Source: Pocillopora damicornis
Lineage: Eukaryota
Assembly: GCF_003704095.1 (NCBI RefSeq)
Contig: NW_020844363.1
Span: 372,001-436,000, forward strand
Direction: 5' to 3'
DNA: 64,000 nucleotides
Part shown: positions 38,386-56,969 of the stretch, piece by piece
How the letters are laid out: each line of letters starts with the position of its first letter
Numbering within the stretch: the first letter of the stretch is position 1
Translations under genes and position numbers: made by a program
Notes under the pieces: generated by a model
What the model was told of the DNA's origin: nothing
Seen by the model: the letters and a program-made list of their open reading frames with translations, nothing else
The model's database searches: none

Positions 38386-39121
38386 CATAGCAGGTAATTT
38401 AGTGTTAACAACTGGGTTGAAAACGTAAATTAGCCACCGTAAAGGGTAAAAAAAGCTGACGTTTCGGTCGTTAGCCCTTCGCCGTTAGCCCTTCGTCAAT
38501 CGCTCTGACGAAGGGCTAACGCTCGAAACGTCAGCTTTTTTACCCTTTACGGTAGCTAATTTACGTTATCTGAGTCTTTGATAGTTTGTAGTTACCAAGG
38601 TAACCCTTCAACAAAAATAGACGTGTCAGATCTAAGTTATCTGTTCAATATACCTGTAAGTTGTAAGGTGCAATGACGGCGATGTCATTAGGCTGGAGCC
38701 CAGCCGTCATAAGCGCCATGACATGCGCAGCGACAATGTCAGCCTCGCCTTCATTCCCTTTTGACACTTCATCTTCCACCTCCTTTTCTCTGACGTCACA
38801 TCCCGCGGTGTCAATCAAAAGAAGTGGAATTGACGTCTCGTCTGTTTCTTGAACTCCAGGAAGATCTTTTAAAAGATGTGAATTCACAGAGCTGTCTGCG
38901 TTAAGTCGACCATCGTACAGTTTTTCAGACGACCACTTCATAATCGCCTCATTCATTCTGTAACAAAATTAACATGTTTTGTTTTACGTTTGATAACTCA
39001 AGATTTATTAGTCCCGAGAAAACGATAGAGAAAACTGTCGATTTCCGCCAGGATTCGAAACCAAGTTCCTTCTGCCCGTTGTTCTCTCCACCACTCAGCA
39101 CCAGAGTAAAACCGTCGGGGT

Positions 39122-39158
<37 letters not shown>

Positions 39159-42100
39159 AGAAGGGGTACGGGTATGTTCAGGTCTAGAAACTTGCTAAAA
39201 CATTTATTCCACCTTCACAGCACAAATTACACAGGATGTGGATTGGGATTTGTTAATGAGATTTCACCCTTGAAGTTCAAGATTTGAAGCCGTTACGACC
39301 AAGAAAAATACATGATTGTAACAAAAAAAGAAATGATGCCTTCTTTTTCATTTGAAGGAAAACTTCAATGACTAGGATTGCGTGGCACTCGAGAACACGG
39401 AGCGAACAAGGAGCGTTTCGCTTGTTTAAAGATAAATAATTTCCACTTTCCAAGTGCAATAATTACAATGTTACAAACCTGTACTGCGTTGTTAACATGC
39501 GCACGGCTCCATCTCCCAGCATTTTTATGAGCCTCTCCATTAAAGTGACATCTAACCCTTGTTTGGCCGCTTTCTTGGATAATATTGTGGGAGGTAACTG
39601 AAGATGATCACCTGCAAGAACACACCTGAGCAAAAGAAAACAAACGCAAAGATACAATTAAACTTGCGCAAATAATACACTTACCCCAAGAGACTACCTT
39701 ACTCGCTTAACACAATTCAGTAAACTTCGATTGTGGTCGGTTCAGTGCGCAGTTTTTAAGGTGAATGAAATTCATGGCAGAAACATAAAATATGCAGCTA
39801 ACGGTCTTATTACCCTTCAACAATGCGATCTAATTATAGCAATACTAGTTTAAATTTCCTAACACCTAAAATATGTAATTCTGTCACAATTCACATTTGC
39901 TTCTTTTTCACAATTCAAATTATGTCTAACATTTGATCTGTAGCTCTATTAATGATACTCTCCATTAGGTGGGTGAATCTCAATTCGCCATCATAAATGT
40001 ACTGGGTTTCCTGTGGTGTTTGCTTACCTTGACGCCCGTAATAAAGGTATCCAGCAGCCAGCCTCAAGAGATTGCGCAGCCTCATCAATAACAACCAAAT
40101 CAAAGTGGTCTTGCTTGACAAGTTTAAGGGGACCATCAGATGACGCACTAGTATTGGTTGCCAGGACAACATCAGCGCTGGTAAGAATTTCTGTGACAGC
40201 TTTATCCTCTCTTTGCTTCAGCTCTCCTCGTAGAGATTTTATTTCTTGTTTGAGGTGCTTCTTTTCTGATTGACTCCTTGATTTTCTTACTTTTGACTGA
40301 TGACAGCAGGGAACCAAAAGAAAAAAGGAATAAAAACTTCCATCAAGCTCTCAAATTTACTAACTGAAAAGTAAATAAGCTCAAAAATTGCTCTGGACTT
40401 CTATGGAATTCACAGAGACCCTTGCTCATAGGAAGCCATGTTGCTGGGAAAGCAAATGATTTGCAATGATCATTCTTTTCATACATCTTTCATTAAATCC
40501 ATTAAGTATTTATGAATTCTGTTAAAGCAACAAGCTTTTCTATATCTAACTGCCTTGATCTTCCTCAAAACCAAGACAAGTTGCAACAGAAGCAGAGCTT
40601 CTTATGAGAAATTCTGTCTATATTCCAAACACAGTTTGTGAGGAAAAGCATAAGCCTGGGGCAAGCAAGTTGCTGAACATCCTGGAAACCCCATTCAAAG
40701 AAAATAATAGAGTGGGAAGAAAACAAAATGGTTGTTTATGTTAAGCACAAAAGTATACTTGAAATCTAATCAAATTAACTATCGCGTTACACCAAATCTC
40801 CCTCTGGCATGTTTATTTTCCCCTAAGTCTTCATGGATAGGGGGGACTAAGGAGAGCATAAATTTTTCCCAGACCCTAGCTGATTTTTGCTCATCTCCTT
40901 TGCCTGAAGGACCAGCACAGGCTATTAATAATTGTCCATACCAGTGTATCATCAATGTCTTTTCTGACATCTTGCACAATGGCTGTTCCTTCAGAAGTAG
41001 ACAGCAAAGCATCTAAGGAATGATCCTGAACAACACTCAGCAGTCGAGCAGGGTGACCAATCCTCACAACCTGAAACACAGTAATCAAATACAATTACAA
41101 GAAAAGAACTTCAGTTTGTATTCAGGAGTCAGTCAGTCAAATTTGTTGGTTACCCTGCATAGCTTTGCCAGCTATCTGATCATAGGAAGTTAATGTTCAT
41201 GTTATGAAAAGTATTTGAAATTGAAGTGAATTGAGAGAGAAATTCCTTTGTCAGGACATTTCAATCAAAAAAAAATTTAGATATGTCTGCCAGACATGAA
41301 TTCACATTTAATTTTTTTGGTGTCATAAAAATTTTCTGAATAGTTACTTTAAATTAGTAATTAAAACATTACCTTAACTTTGCCTTTAATCAATTTTTCA
41401 ACCATGTTGTCAACAGCAACATTTGAAGGCGCACAAGCTAATACCTTGAAGGAAATTGAGCCATGAGATACATATGATGACCTGAGGCAAAATTTTTTTT
41501 TTTTTTTTTAAATGGATTAAGTACAGCAATCTTCACTTAACACTACAAGTATTTTAAAGCATTTGCAACAGTTGAAGTGTAGCCATTGTTAGTATAAGAT
41601 TGAAAAAATATGGGAATTGTGAGAAGACAAGATCAACTAGCTGGGAGGAGTAGGAAAAGGGATAGTGACAGACCCCTCCATGGAGACAGAGAAGGAGCAG
41701 TCCTAGGCTTATAAACTTCACCAAACTCTGGGGAACTCTCTTGCTTAATGACTCACTTATAAAATAATTAAAAATTTTATTCTATTGTACTGACATATCC
41801 AACCTACACTTAACCTTTTAACTCCCAATACCTGATTAAGTTACATGTTAATCATGTTACCTGTAATCATTTCTGGTAGTTAAAAGATTAAGGTTACTCT
41901 TTAAAAGGTTTAACTCCTTAACTGCTAACTCCAATGAGAAGTCCTTTGTCAATACAAATGGATTAAATATTTTTCAAAATTGTAACTTCCTTTAAGTTTT
42001 AGTGGCCAGTTTATTTTACATCTCCAGTGCCAGAGATTTGACTGTTACTCTCAAATTTTTGACATACTGAGTATGTCATCTGGGCACACAATATCCAAAT

Positions 42101-44274
42101 TGTGTCACATACACAGTACATCTAGCAGGCAATAAAGGGGTTGAGAGATAGGTTTCACCCTTTATGAATCACTAATCTAAAGAAGTCCCGTGTACTTTAA
42201 ATCTCTCGCTCTTAAAGTTTAGGGACAAAAATCAACAAAACATCTTAAATCTTCATCTACCTTCATGTTAAGATTTTTCACAGCCTGAGTGATAATCTCA
42301 ACAACAGTTGTAGTTTTCCCAGTCCCAGGTGGACCATGAATTATGGCCACTTCTCTCTGACACAATGCAAACCTAACTGCTTGCCTCTGTGAATCATCAA
42401 GACTTTGATTGAAGAAGATGCATGGCATCTCTCCTCCTTCTGTGAAGGGTCTGATTTGTAACGGAGGTCCAGGAGGTACATTCCCAAACAGTACATCAAT
42501 CAAATGAGCAGCTGGCCCCTCTCTGTACTTTGTTAAGGTGTCAAGGGCACTAAAGTGGTAAAGAAGGAAATTAACTTTGCTCAACTTGAGTTGTTAGTTC
42601 TATGCCATGATAAACTTGTCCACTCATGGTTAAGATGTTCTCTTCTGACTAGCCACAGTCAGATAATGCTTTAAAAATTTGAAGACAGGTATAATGATTG
42701 CAGAAGGTTATTAATTTTGCCTTGGATGTTTGGTATTTTGTTGGTGAGAGGGTGGAGAGGCAGAGAGGTAAGGAAAGAAGAGGGAATTGTCCTGTGTCAC
42801 ACAGTTAATTGTGAGAGAGGAAGAAATACGATAAACCCAAAATTTTAAGAGGGCACACAGTTTTTAACAGTTTTCTTGAGAGTGTATTGTGATTTTTGCC
42901 AAAATGACCACAAATCAGCTAAGAAAAAAATTATGACTAAAATCTTACATCATATCACAGTACCACACACAACATAAAAAGGTAAAATAATTAAAAAAAC
43001 CAACAATAACAAAAACAAATAACAAAATGAACCTCACCAGTGAAATACAATTGAAATAATAATATTCTACAGATAATAAGGCAGAAAAAATTAACTGGTT
43101 TGACTGGGTTTTAACTCAATCCTCACGGGCATTAGTTGGATACTACTTCCATCTAAGCTAAAAGCTACATGTTTAGAACAAGGCAAATATTAGAGGGTTG
43201 TTTGTTCCCTGTTAAGAAATCACATTCCTAAGCAATTTCTTTTATTGAACTTCACCTGTGAAGATCATTTTATAACTTGTAAAGTTTACATGACATAGTG
43301 AGTGCAGCTGGTGGCAAAGTCTGGCCTCTAATCTCAGATGAAGACTGTTAACCCTTTCACTCCCAAGATCTCATTAGTAATTCTCCTTACTGTCTGCTAC
43401 ACAATTCTTATGATGTTATTTCAGATAATTTGGTATTGGATCCACTTATAATCCCATGATTGACATTTTTCTCTATTCTCATCACCTACCTGCTTGATAT
43501 TGTACTGATATTGTAAGGAGAAATTCTGTCTTGCTCACTCATGGGAATTAAAGGGTAAAGAGCAGTAGTAGCCATAGCAAAGTGCACTGATTTGGCTGAG
43601 TAATAATGACCAATGTCTTCTGACTGGGTGATTTAATTACCTCTTGATTCTTTTGTGAGTTACATCATTTGCCAATTTGATTAGTTTAAATGGACCATCA
43701 TCATCAAAACTGAGGTTGTCAGCTGTTTCATCAAATGCTACAGTAACAACTGTCTGGGAAACACGGCTTACAATTCCAGAGGCAATATCACTTGCTGCTT
43801 GATTGGAATTCAACCAACTAAGTCCCACTATGTCTCCTGAGTAAAGAGAATTCGAACATTACATCTATTTGATTCATTGTAGTGCGTTGTGGATTGTATC
43901 TTCATGAAAAAGTGGAGCTAGATTGTCCACCAGAACATCGAATAATTTGGGCCCAGGGCGAGCACGTTAATAGCTAACGATTGTAACTTTTCACTGCATC
44001 AGATAAAGAAACGATACTTGCCAGGTGTTAAAGAATGTGTCGGGAGTTTGCCATCAGAGCCAGGCTTATTTATCTCGAAGGTCAGAAGAAGTCGTCCATA
44101 CAAGCCCGTCCTTCGGCTTCGGATACGAAGTTTCAACAGACAAACGCCCCTTCTTTGAAGCTCCTTTGGACTGACATTCTCTTGAAGAGATTTTGTCTCC
44201 TCGATTTCAGCTTTCCTTTCTAAACTTAGGAGAGAAATTGTCTTTACAACAAATTGAGACACGTCGACCGCCAT
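35347..44274 (-). CDS. IGHMBP2: DNA-binding protein SMUBP-2 (SF1 helicase + R3H + AN1 zinc finger), ~1038 aa
   Basis: Exons 44274-44022, 43836-43641, 42549-42261, 41444-41373, 41070-40942, 40296-40028, 39625-39479, 38957-38654, 38063-37940, 37487-36756, 35948-35347. Motifs [47 protein letters not shown]3H (QRFDVH) and AN1 ([13 protein letters not shown]). Confidence 0.97.
38336..38565. mobile_element. Penelope-like insertion with inverted duplication and 16-bp target-site duplication
   Basis: TSD TTATCTGAGTCTTTGA at 38320-38335 and 38566-38581. Left arm matches 8084-8232; right arm is its reverse complement. Confidence 0.88.
38502..38535 (+). ncRNA. Minimal type I hammerhead ribozyme motif
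   Basis: GCT-CTGACGA-A-GGGC(TAAC)GCTC-GAAAC-GTC-AGC; predicted cut after 38532. Confidence 0.75.
39124..39157. repeat. Poly-G run (>30 nt)
   Basis: Uninterrupted G tract in IGHMBP2 intron 7. Confidence 0.9.
43348..43559. mobile_element. TTAA-type MITE
   Basis: TTAACCCTTTCACTCCCA...TGGGAATTAAAGGG; body close to the 9983 copy. Confidence 0.85.
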
Positions 44275-45209
44275 TATGGCTCATTGTAGTGCAGCGAAAA
44301 TGAAGTACAAATGAGTTGTTGGTGTAATCAGCTCCTCTGACAACTAACAATGCAGGCTCGACTATTTCCGGTTCTGTTGTTCTTTAATTACATTCAGTCC
44401 AGACATTTGAAATATTTTTTAAAGTTATTTTACATTATTTCATTGATAAGCTATATAACGACTTCAATGTTTGCAGAAATGAAGGGTAAGTAACCAAGCT
44501 TTTAAAACTGTCAGTCTTCCTAAAAATTTGGAAAATTTTCACATTGTTATTGAACACAAAATTTTAATCCTGTCTTGTGAGGATGTTATTGAGAGATAAG
44601 GGATATTTTCAGGGGGCTGAAAGCAGAGACTGATATTTTTTAAGTGAACCCATGAAAAGTTTTTACTAACAAACATGCACACTAACAAACAATTTTAACT
44701 GCAGAAATTTGGGCCATAGCGGTTTTGGATCTCTGAAAATGGCCTCGTTTTAACTAGGTTCCTTACGTTACTTTTCATGTCCTCCACATGCGTGTATAAG
44801 CCTGTCACCCTTAATAGAATTAATATGCCTAGCTAGGCTAAAAAATTATGTAGTGGATATCAATCTTACGATGCAAAGTGGATAATATACAGTGGATTAA
44901 TAAGTGTTAGCGAGGAGCTCAATTCTTTTTGTAATTAACAATTAATTTTGTTTTCACAGCTTGCAGCCGTTTGATTTTGAATTCTGAAACAAAAAAAAGT
45001 ATCCAAAGTGGGAAATATGAAAACATTTACATCAGTCCTTTCTGTTAGCTCTCCAGGAGGCGATTGCAACGTCTCTTTTTTCTAAAATGAGATAGTCTTA
45101 GTATTTAAATGGCATTTAATATTTGAATCAATTTAAATTCCCGTTGCATGGTACGCATGATTTGCTGCATAGTCATGCAAATTTCTCTTTTGCGTGACTC
45201 TAAAATTTG

Positions 45210-45285
45210 ATTGGTTCAGCGTTCGCATCTGTTTTGGTGTCCAAGCATTTGATTGGCTAACGATTCAAACGCAGTTTGTTTGAAT
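45210..45285 (+). promoter_or_regulatory. G2/M-type promoter module of PLK1 (two inverted CCAAT boxes + CHR-like sites)
   Basis: ATTGG at 45210 and 45252, TTCAAA at 45264, TTTGAA at 45279; ~220-300 bp upstream of the ATG. Confidence 0.6.
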
Positions 45286-45505
45286 GATTTCTAAACTGTC
45301 GAGCTTCTTCGAATCAGTCATTTCCTTCAAGCGAATGTAAAGTTCGTTCTGTGAATGCTTACTTTGATCTATGATCAGTAATCTCGTGATTTGTTTTTTC
45401 ACAATTACTAATCAGTTAAAAGAGCCGAAAGCGAAATTATTTCCTGTTTCTTTACACTGGTAGCCGAAAACAAGCTTGATAAGCGACCAACAACCTCGAG
45501 TAAAG

Positions 45506-52862
<7,357 letters not shown>

Positions 52863-53551
52863 ATGAACTGGATTACCTTAGTAGTAATCTTAACTTTTTC
52901 TCTTGATTTCTTGATTATTTCCTCATTTTATTCAATTATGATCTGTATGGGAAGATTTTACTGTTTATAATGATGAATTAAATATTTCATTATTAAACTA
53001 TTTATTTGCAAAAAGTAGAAGCTGTTAGCCGGTCAAACTTTTAGGATAGTACTTAAAAGCAGTCTAGTGTTATACTCCTGAGTTATGCTTTGTTAATCAC
53101 ATCTGTTGTTTCACTCAATGCTGTTCATCTTTCTTCAGACCTTGGCAATTTGAGAATGAATTAATGAATTGATTACAGAGGTCTTGTAACCAAGAAACCT
53201 CTTTGTAAGAAAAAGGAAGAAATTCAATCCATAGAAGTTATAAATAAGTTAAGTTAGCTTCTAGAGTTTATGGAAAGAATTTTACTTATTTACAAATGTT
53301 CATCCAAATGATTTGATGAAGGCTTAAGATAGTTAATTTCCCTTGATAGCTTATTGTATAAATACTCCCAATGCTTTTCAACCAATTTAGAGTCTTTCAG
53401 TATGTGAAAATAACTAGTGAGGTCACTACGATTTGTTCTAGAAACTATGAAAATGTGAAAGAATATGTTCACAATAGTTAAGATGAATACTTCAATTATT
53501 GTTTGTTATTAATAGTTATACCTCGTCATTGTAAATAGCAATTTTACCTGT

Positions 53552-53557
53552 AATAAA
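53552..53557 (+). terminator. Probable PLK1 polyadenylation signal
   Basis: AATAAA ~690 nt after the stop, followed by a GT/T-rich tract at ~53583-53600. Confidence 0.55.
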
Positions 53558-53789
53558 AGAATTTACTCTATGTCACATCTCTGGTGTAGTTCTTTTTTTG
53601 AATTTCTATCCGGACTTAGAGGTAAAAAATTAAAAATATTCTCTGAATTCAGGGCATCAATTATTGCTGCTGGTTCTCATCAAAGGGTTTACCGCCAATA
53701 GTTTGTTAGTAGACTGGAAAGAAATGCCCCCAAACCCTTTCTCAAATTATTGATTAAGTTCTTCCCAATTTAACCAACCAGGCAGATAA

Positions 53790-54032
53790 CACTTTATGTT
53801 TCAAACTACTGACTTTGGAGATCCAGTTTACTGACATAGAATGGACACAAAAATTGATGTCATTAACTGCCACCTCTCTGCAAGCAGTTTAGGCAGGATA
53901 CAAAACAGCCAGTCTTTACCCACAAATTTAAAGTGACCAATCAAAAATGATGAACACCAGACTGATAATCAGTCACCGACAAACAATTCTTCACCTCTAG
54001 CTAATAATGACTTCTGTTCAGGTAATGTCAGT
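53790..54032 (+). mobile_element. Heavily decayed Penelope-like relic
   Basis: Translation LTLEIQFTDIEWT resembles a PLE C-terminal motif. TAATAATGACTTCTGTTCAGG...ATGTCAGT resembles the 48443 repeat. Confidence 0.4.
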
Positions 54033-54097
54033 TTTCATTTCACCCAAAATATTTTGAGGCCTATTGAAAGTTGCTGGTCAAATTTACCTTTTGCAGT

Positions 54098-54292
54098 TTA
54101 ACATCAGTATGCATAGTCTCCATACTTTTCTCTATACATTTTCTGAGGTGCTCTCAAGGATGAATTGTTTAAAAACTAGGAGCTTCTTGAATTAGTAATC
54201 ATTTCCTTTTTTCTCCTATCCTGAATGTGTAATTCAGGGAGGATAATGTAAGGAGAAATAAGATTCAAGACACTGAGGGGTCAAGGGGTTCA
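54098..54292. mobile_element. 5'-truncated copy of the 6330 MITE
   Basis: TAACATCAGTATGCATA...TGTAAGGAGAAAT...GGGGTCAAGGGGTT. Confidence 0.75.
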
Positions 54293-55145
54293 AAGGAAAT
54301 AAAAGACAAGGTCCACAGTGTGGCAAATTTTGCAACTTTTCCCCAAAAACAAAGTGGCGCAAGATTGAATCAAAACATGTACTGACTGAAGTTATGTAGT
54401 TGGGAAATAAAGTATTGTGATTTAAAAATGGGTGCAATTTTGGTTTGAAAGCATGCATATGCTTTTGGACCAAACTGCACTCTACTCAGTTCACTTATAG
54501 TACCCTCATAAAGAAAGCATTTACAACTTGCTAGGTTATGAGGGAAAAAAAAAACATGGAATAAGCATGACAATGAGTTTTACTGTAGTTTTATTGGCAA
54601 ATAAACTGTAGTTAAGTTTAAAATCTCATTGTAGAAGTATGAATTTTTTTTTATTTTGTGTATAACTGGGAAAAAAATGAACTAACTGACCATATCTGCA
54701 GCTGTGATCTGGAAGCAGACTTAGGGCTGGTTTCTCAGTATAAGCAAGGACATACTGTTTCATCTAGATGGTATTGGTGTCTCAAGCTAAAGTTCCAAGC
54801 AAGAGCACCTTGCTGTCCATGTATACAGTTTTTTTTTTGCTCAGGCTTACATCAGAAGGAAAGCTATTCTTAGAGAGAGTTCAGATGTAAACTTAAAAAT
54901 ATAAATTTAATGCACACCTTTGCGAATTCATGTCTTAGAGACTCAGGAAAAACATTTTGTTCGGTTCCTTCAACGGGTTCACCTCTATACACTTTAAGTT
55001 AATGTCAATGTCTTAATGTCAAAATGTCTCCCTTGCAAAACAAGTCTTCATCTGAATTGTCTGGACAACCTCTTTTGATAAAGTTCATTGCATAACTAGT
55101 CAATAACAAAGTAAATAAAAATTTATTCCCTAAACAGAATTGTCA

Positions 55146-56841
55146 TTAAGATTTTCCTACAACTGGCCTTGGCTGATTCCCTCCTCCTGGTGGCGCTGGC
55201 ATTCTTCCTGGTGGTGCCCCGTGGGGTGGTCCCCCAGGTGGTGGTCTAATACCTGCTGGTGGTGGCATTGCCCCAGGGGGTGGCATTGGAAATGGTAAAG
55301 CTCCAGGGGGTGGTAAGGCTCCTGGTGGTGGCATCATTCCAGGGGGAGGAGGTGGCATCATTCCAGGGGGTGGTAAGTGTGCAACTTGTGGGGGTGGAAT
55401 GGCAGTACCAGCTTGATAAGCAGCAGCTAAAAATGAAGAATGAAACCATGCGATGTTATCGTGACAAAATGTTTCTTAGGCACCGGTAAAGAGACTGCAC
55501 AACACTGCATGTACCTTAAAGCAAAAAATTTCCTTCTCAAGTCAATTCAGTTTGTAAAGCCTGTCCTAAGAGGGACAGTATCATAATTTGTGTGCATTTT
55601 AGAAAATAAGTCTCACTTGTTTCTTCTTAAGGGAACAAGTTCAAAAGGTAGGTGATGATAACAGGGTTTTGAAGCTTTCTCACTAATGGAGTCTTAAAGT
55701 TTCAATACAAATTAATTTCATACCAACTTTTGGTGTATTTCAGTGAGTTTTTTTAATGTAATTAGTGCTTAATCAAATTATAATTCAATTCCCTTGACTT
55801 GAGAGTAGCAGAAACGTGCAAAGAGAAGTTTTTGTGAAAAATAGTTGTCTCTTAAGTAAATAGATGTTAATGTGAAATGCATACTTGTCTGATCAATCAA
55901 ACTCTGTGCCTGTTCTTCCATCCACTTTGTGTAGTAAAACCTCACATTTTCCTTGTGTTTTCGGCCACCATTGTGTGTCTTCCGAACTGACGGCTGGGAG
56001 TTAGAGAAACAATAAAACCAAGTTTGTTAGCATAGGTAAGGAAAGGAAGCTGTCTAGGTGTTGTAATTCCAGGAAGGTACTCAATAATTAGAGGGAAGAG
56101 TAATTACACCAATCAATTATCAAACAGCCAATGTATTACTATGAGACTAACAAAACCGTAAATACTTAGGATATTTATGGAAAGTCTACATTTTTTGGGA
56201 AAAAGCCAATGTAGGCTTGAAAAGTAAATCACAAAAAGCATCAGTAATAAATTTGCCATTGTGAAATTTGTGGCCATGTAATGACTTAAATTGCAATTGG
56301 TCAGTACAGAACTGACCTGTGGAATTAAATTGAGGAGTTTTATTATGTCTAGTAACACGGGATACATAATTATAGACACTTTAACCTAAAACTTAGACAA
56401 GTTTACCTAATGGAGAGAAATTTAACCTGTTACCCAAGAAGAGTAAGAGACAATGCAAGTGTAGGAAGCAAATAAGTATCAAGGAACAAAGGGAGAGATT
56501 TAAGATGCTAATGAAAGAAGTCCAAAGTTATGGTAAATTCCCAAAGAGACATGAATTATTTGTGCAGACAAAAAAAAAGCAAAATGTCAGAGTGCTGGAG
56601 AGAAGAGCAATGCGGAGCTGGCTACAATAAGCGTCGTATCTCAAACGAAATCTAAATAAATAAATAAAGACTTACCGAGTCATGTGTTAAGTAAGTATCG
56701 CAGTAATCACAATAATACCTAGAACGGAAAGAACCATTATGAAATTGAATCATGAAGCAAGAATTTGTCATGAAATAGACTAAAAGAAATGAAATACAAC
56801 GTTATTTTTAAGCTGGAAATCGGCTCTACTTACTTCGGCAT
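55146..56841 (-). CDS. SNRPC: U1 snRNP protein C, ~146 aa
   Basis: Exons 56841-56834, 56718-56676, 55993-55885, 55426-55146. [34 protein letters not shown] zinc finger plus Pro/Gly/Met-rich tail. Confidence 0.97.
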
Positions 56842-56969
56842 TTTGGTACAGAGCGTCCTCCACGTTTGCGCGTTGTAAAGCTACGCATAAATTTCGCCAA
56901 GTTGCCGCTGTTGAATAAAATGCTGGCTCGCTTTAGAAAGTTGCGTCACACGTGGGTCAAGTAATCAAC
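56842..56969. promoter_or_regulatory. Compact bidirectional promoter SNRPC/PINX1
   Basis: 128 bp between divergent ATGs, CpG-rich, E-box CACGTG at 56949-56954. Confidence 0.75.

Noticed and set aside
39045-39108. tRNA-like sequence on the minus strand
   Set aside because: Degenerate boxes and no cloverleaf; at most a SINE remnant.
39124-39157. Functional G-quadruplex
   Set aside because: Pure homopolymer whose length may be an assembly artefact; similar G/C runs occur elsewhere in the window without pattern.
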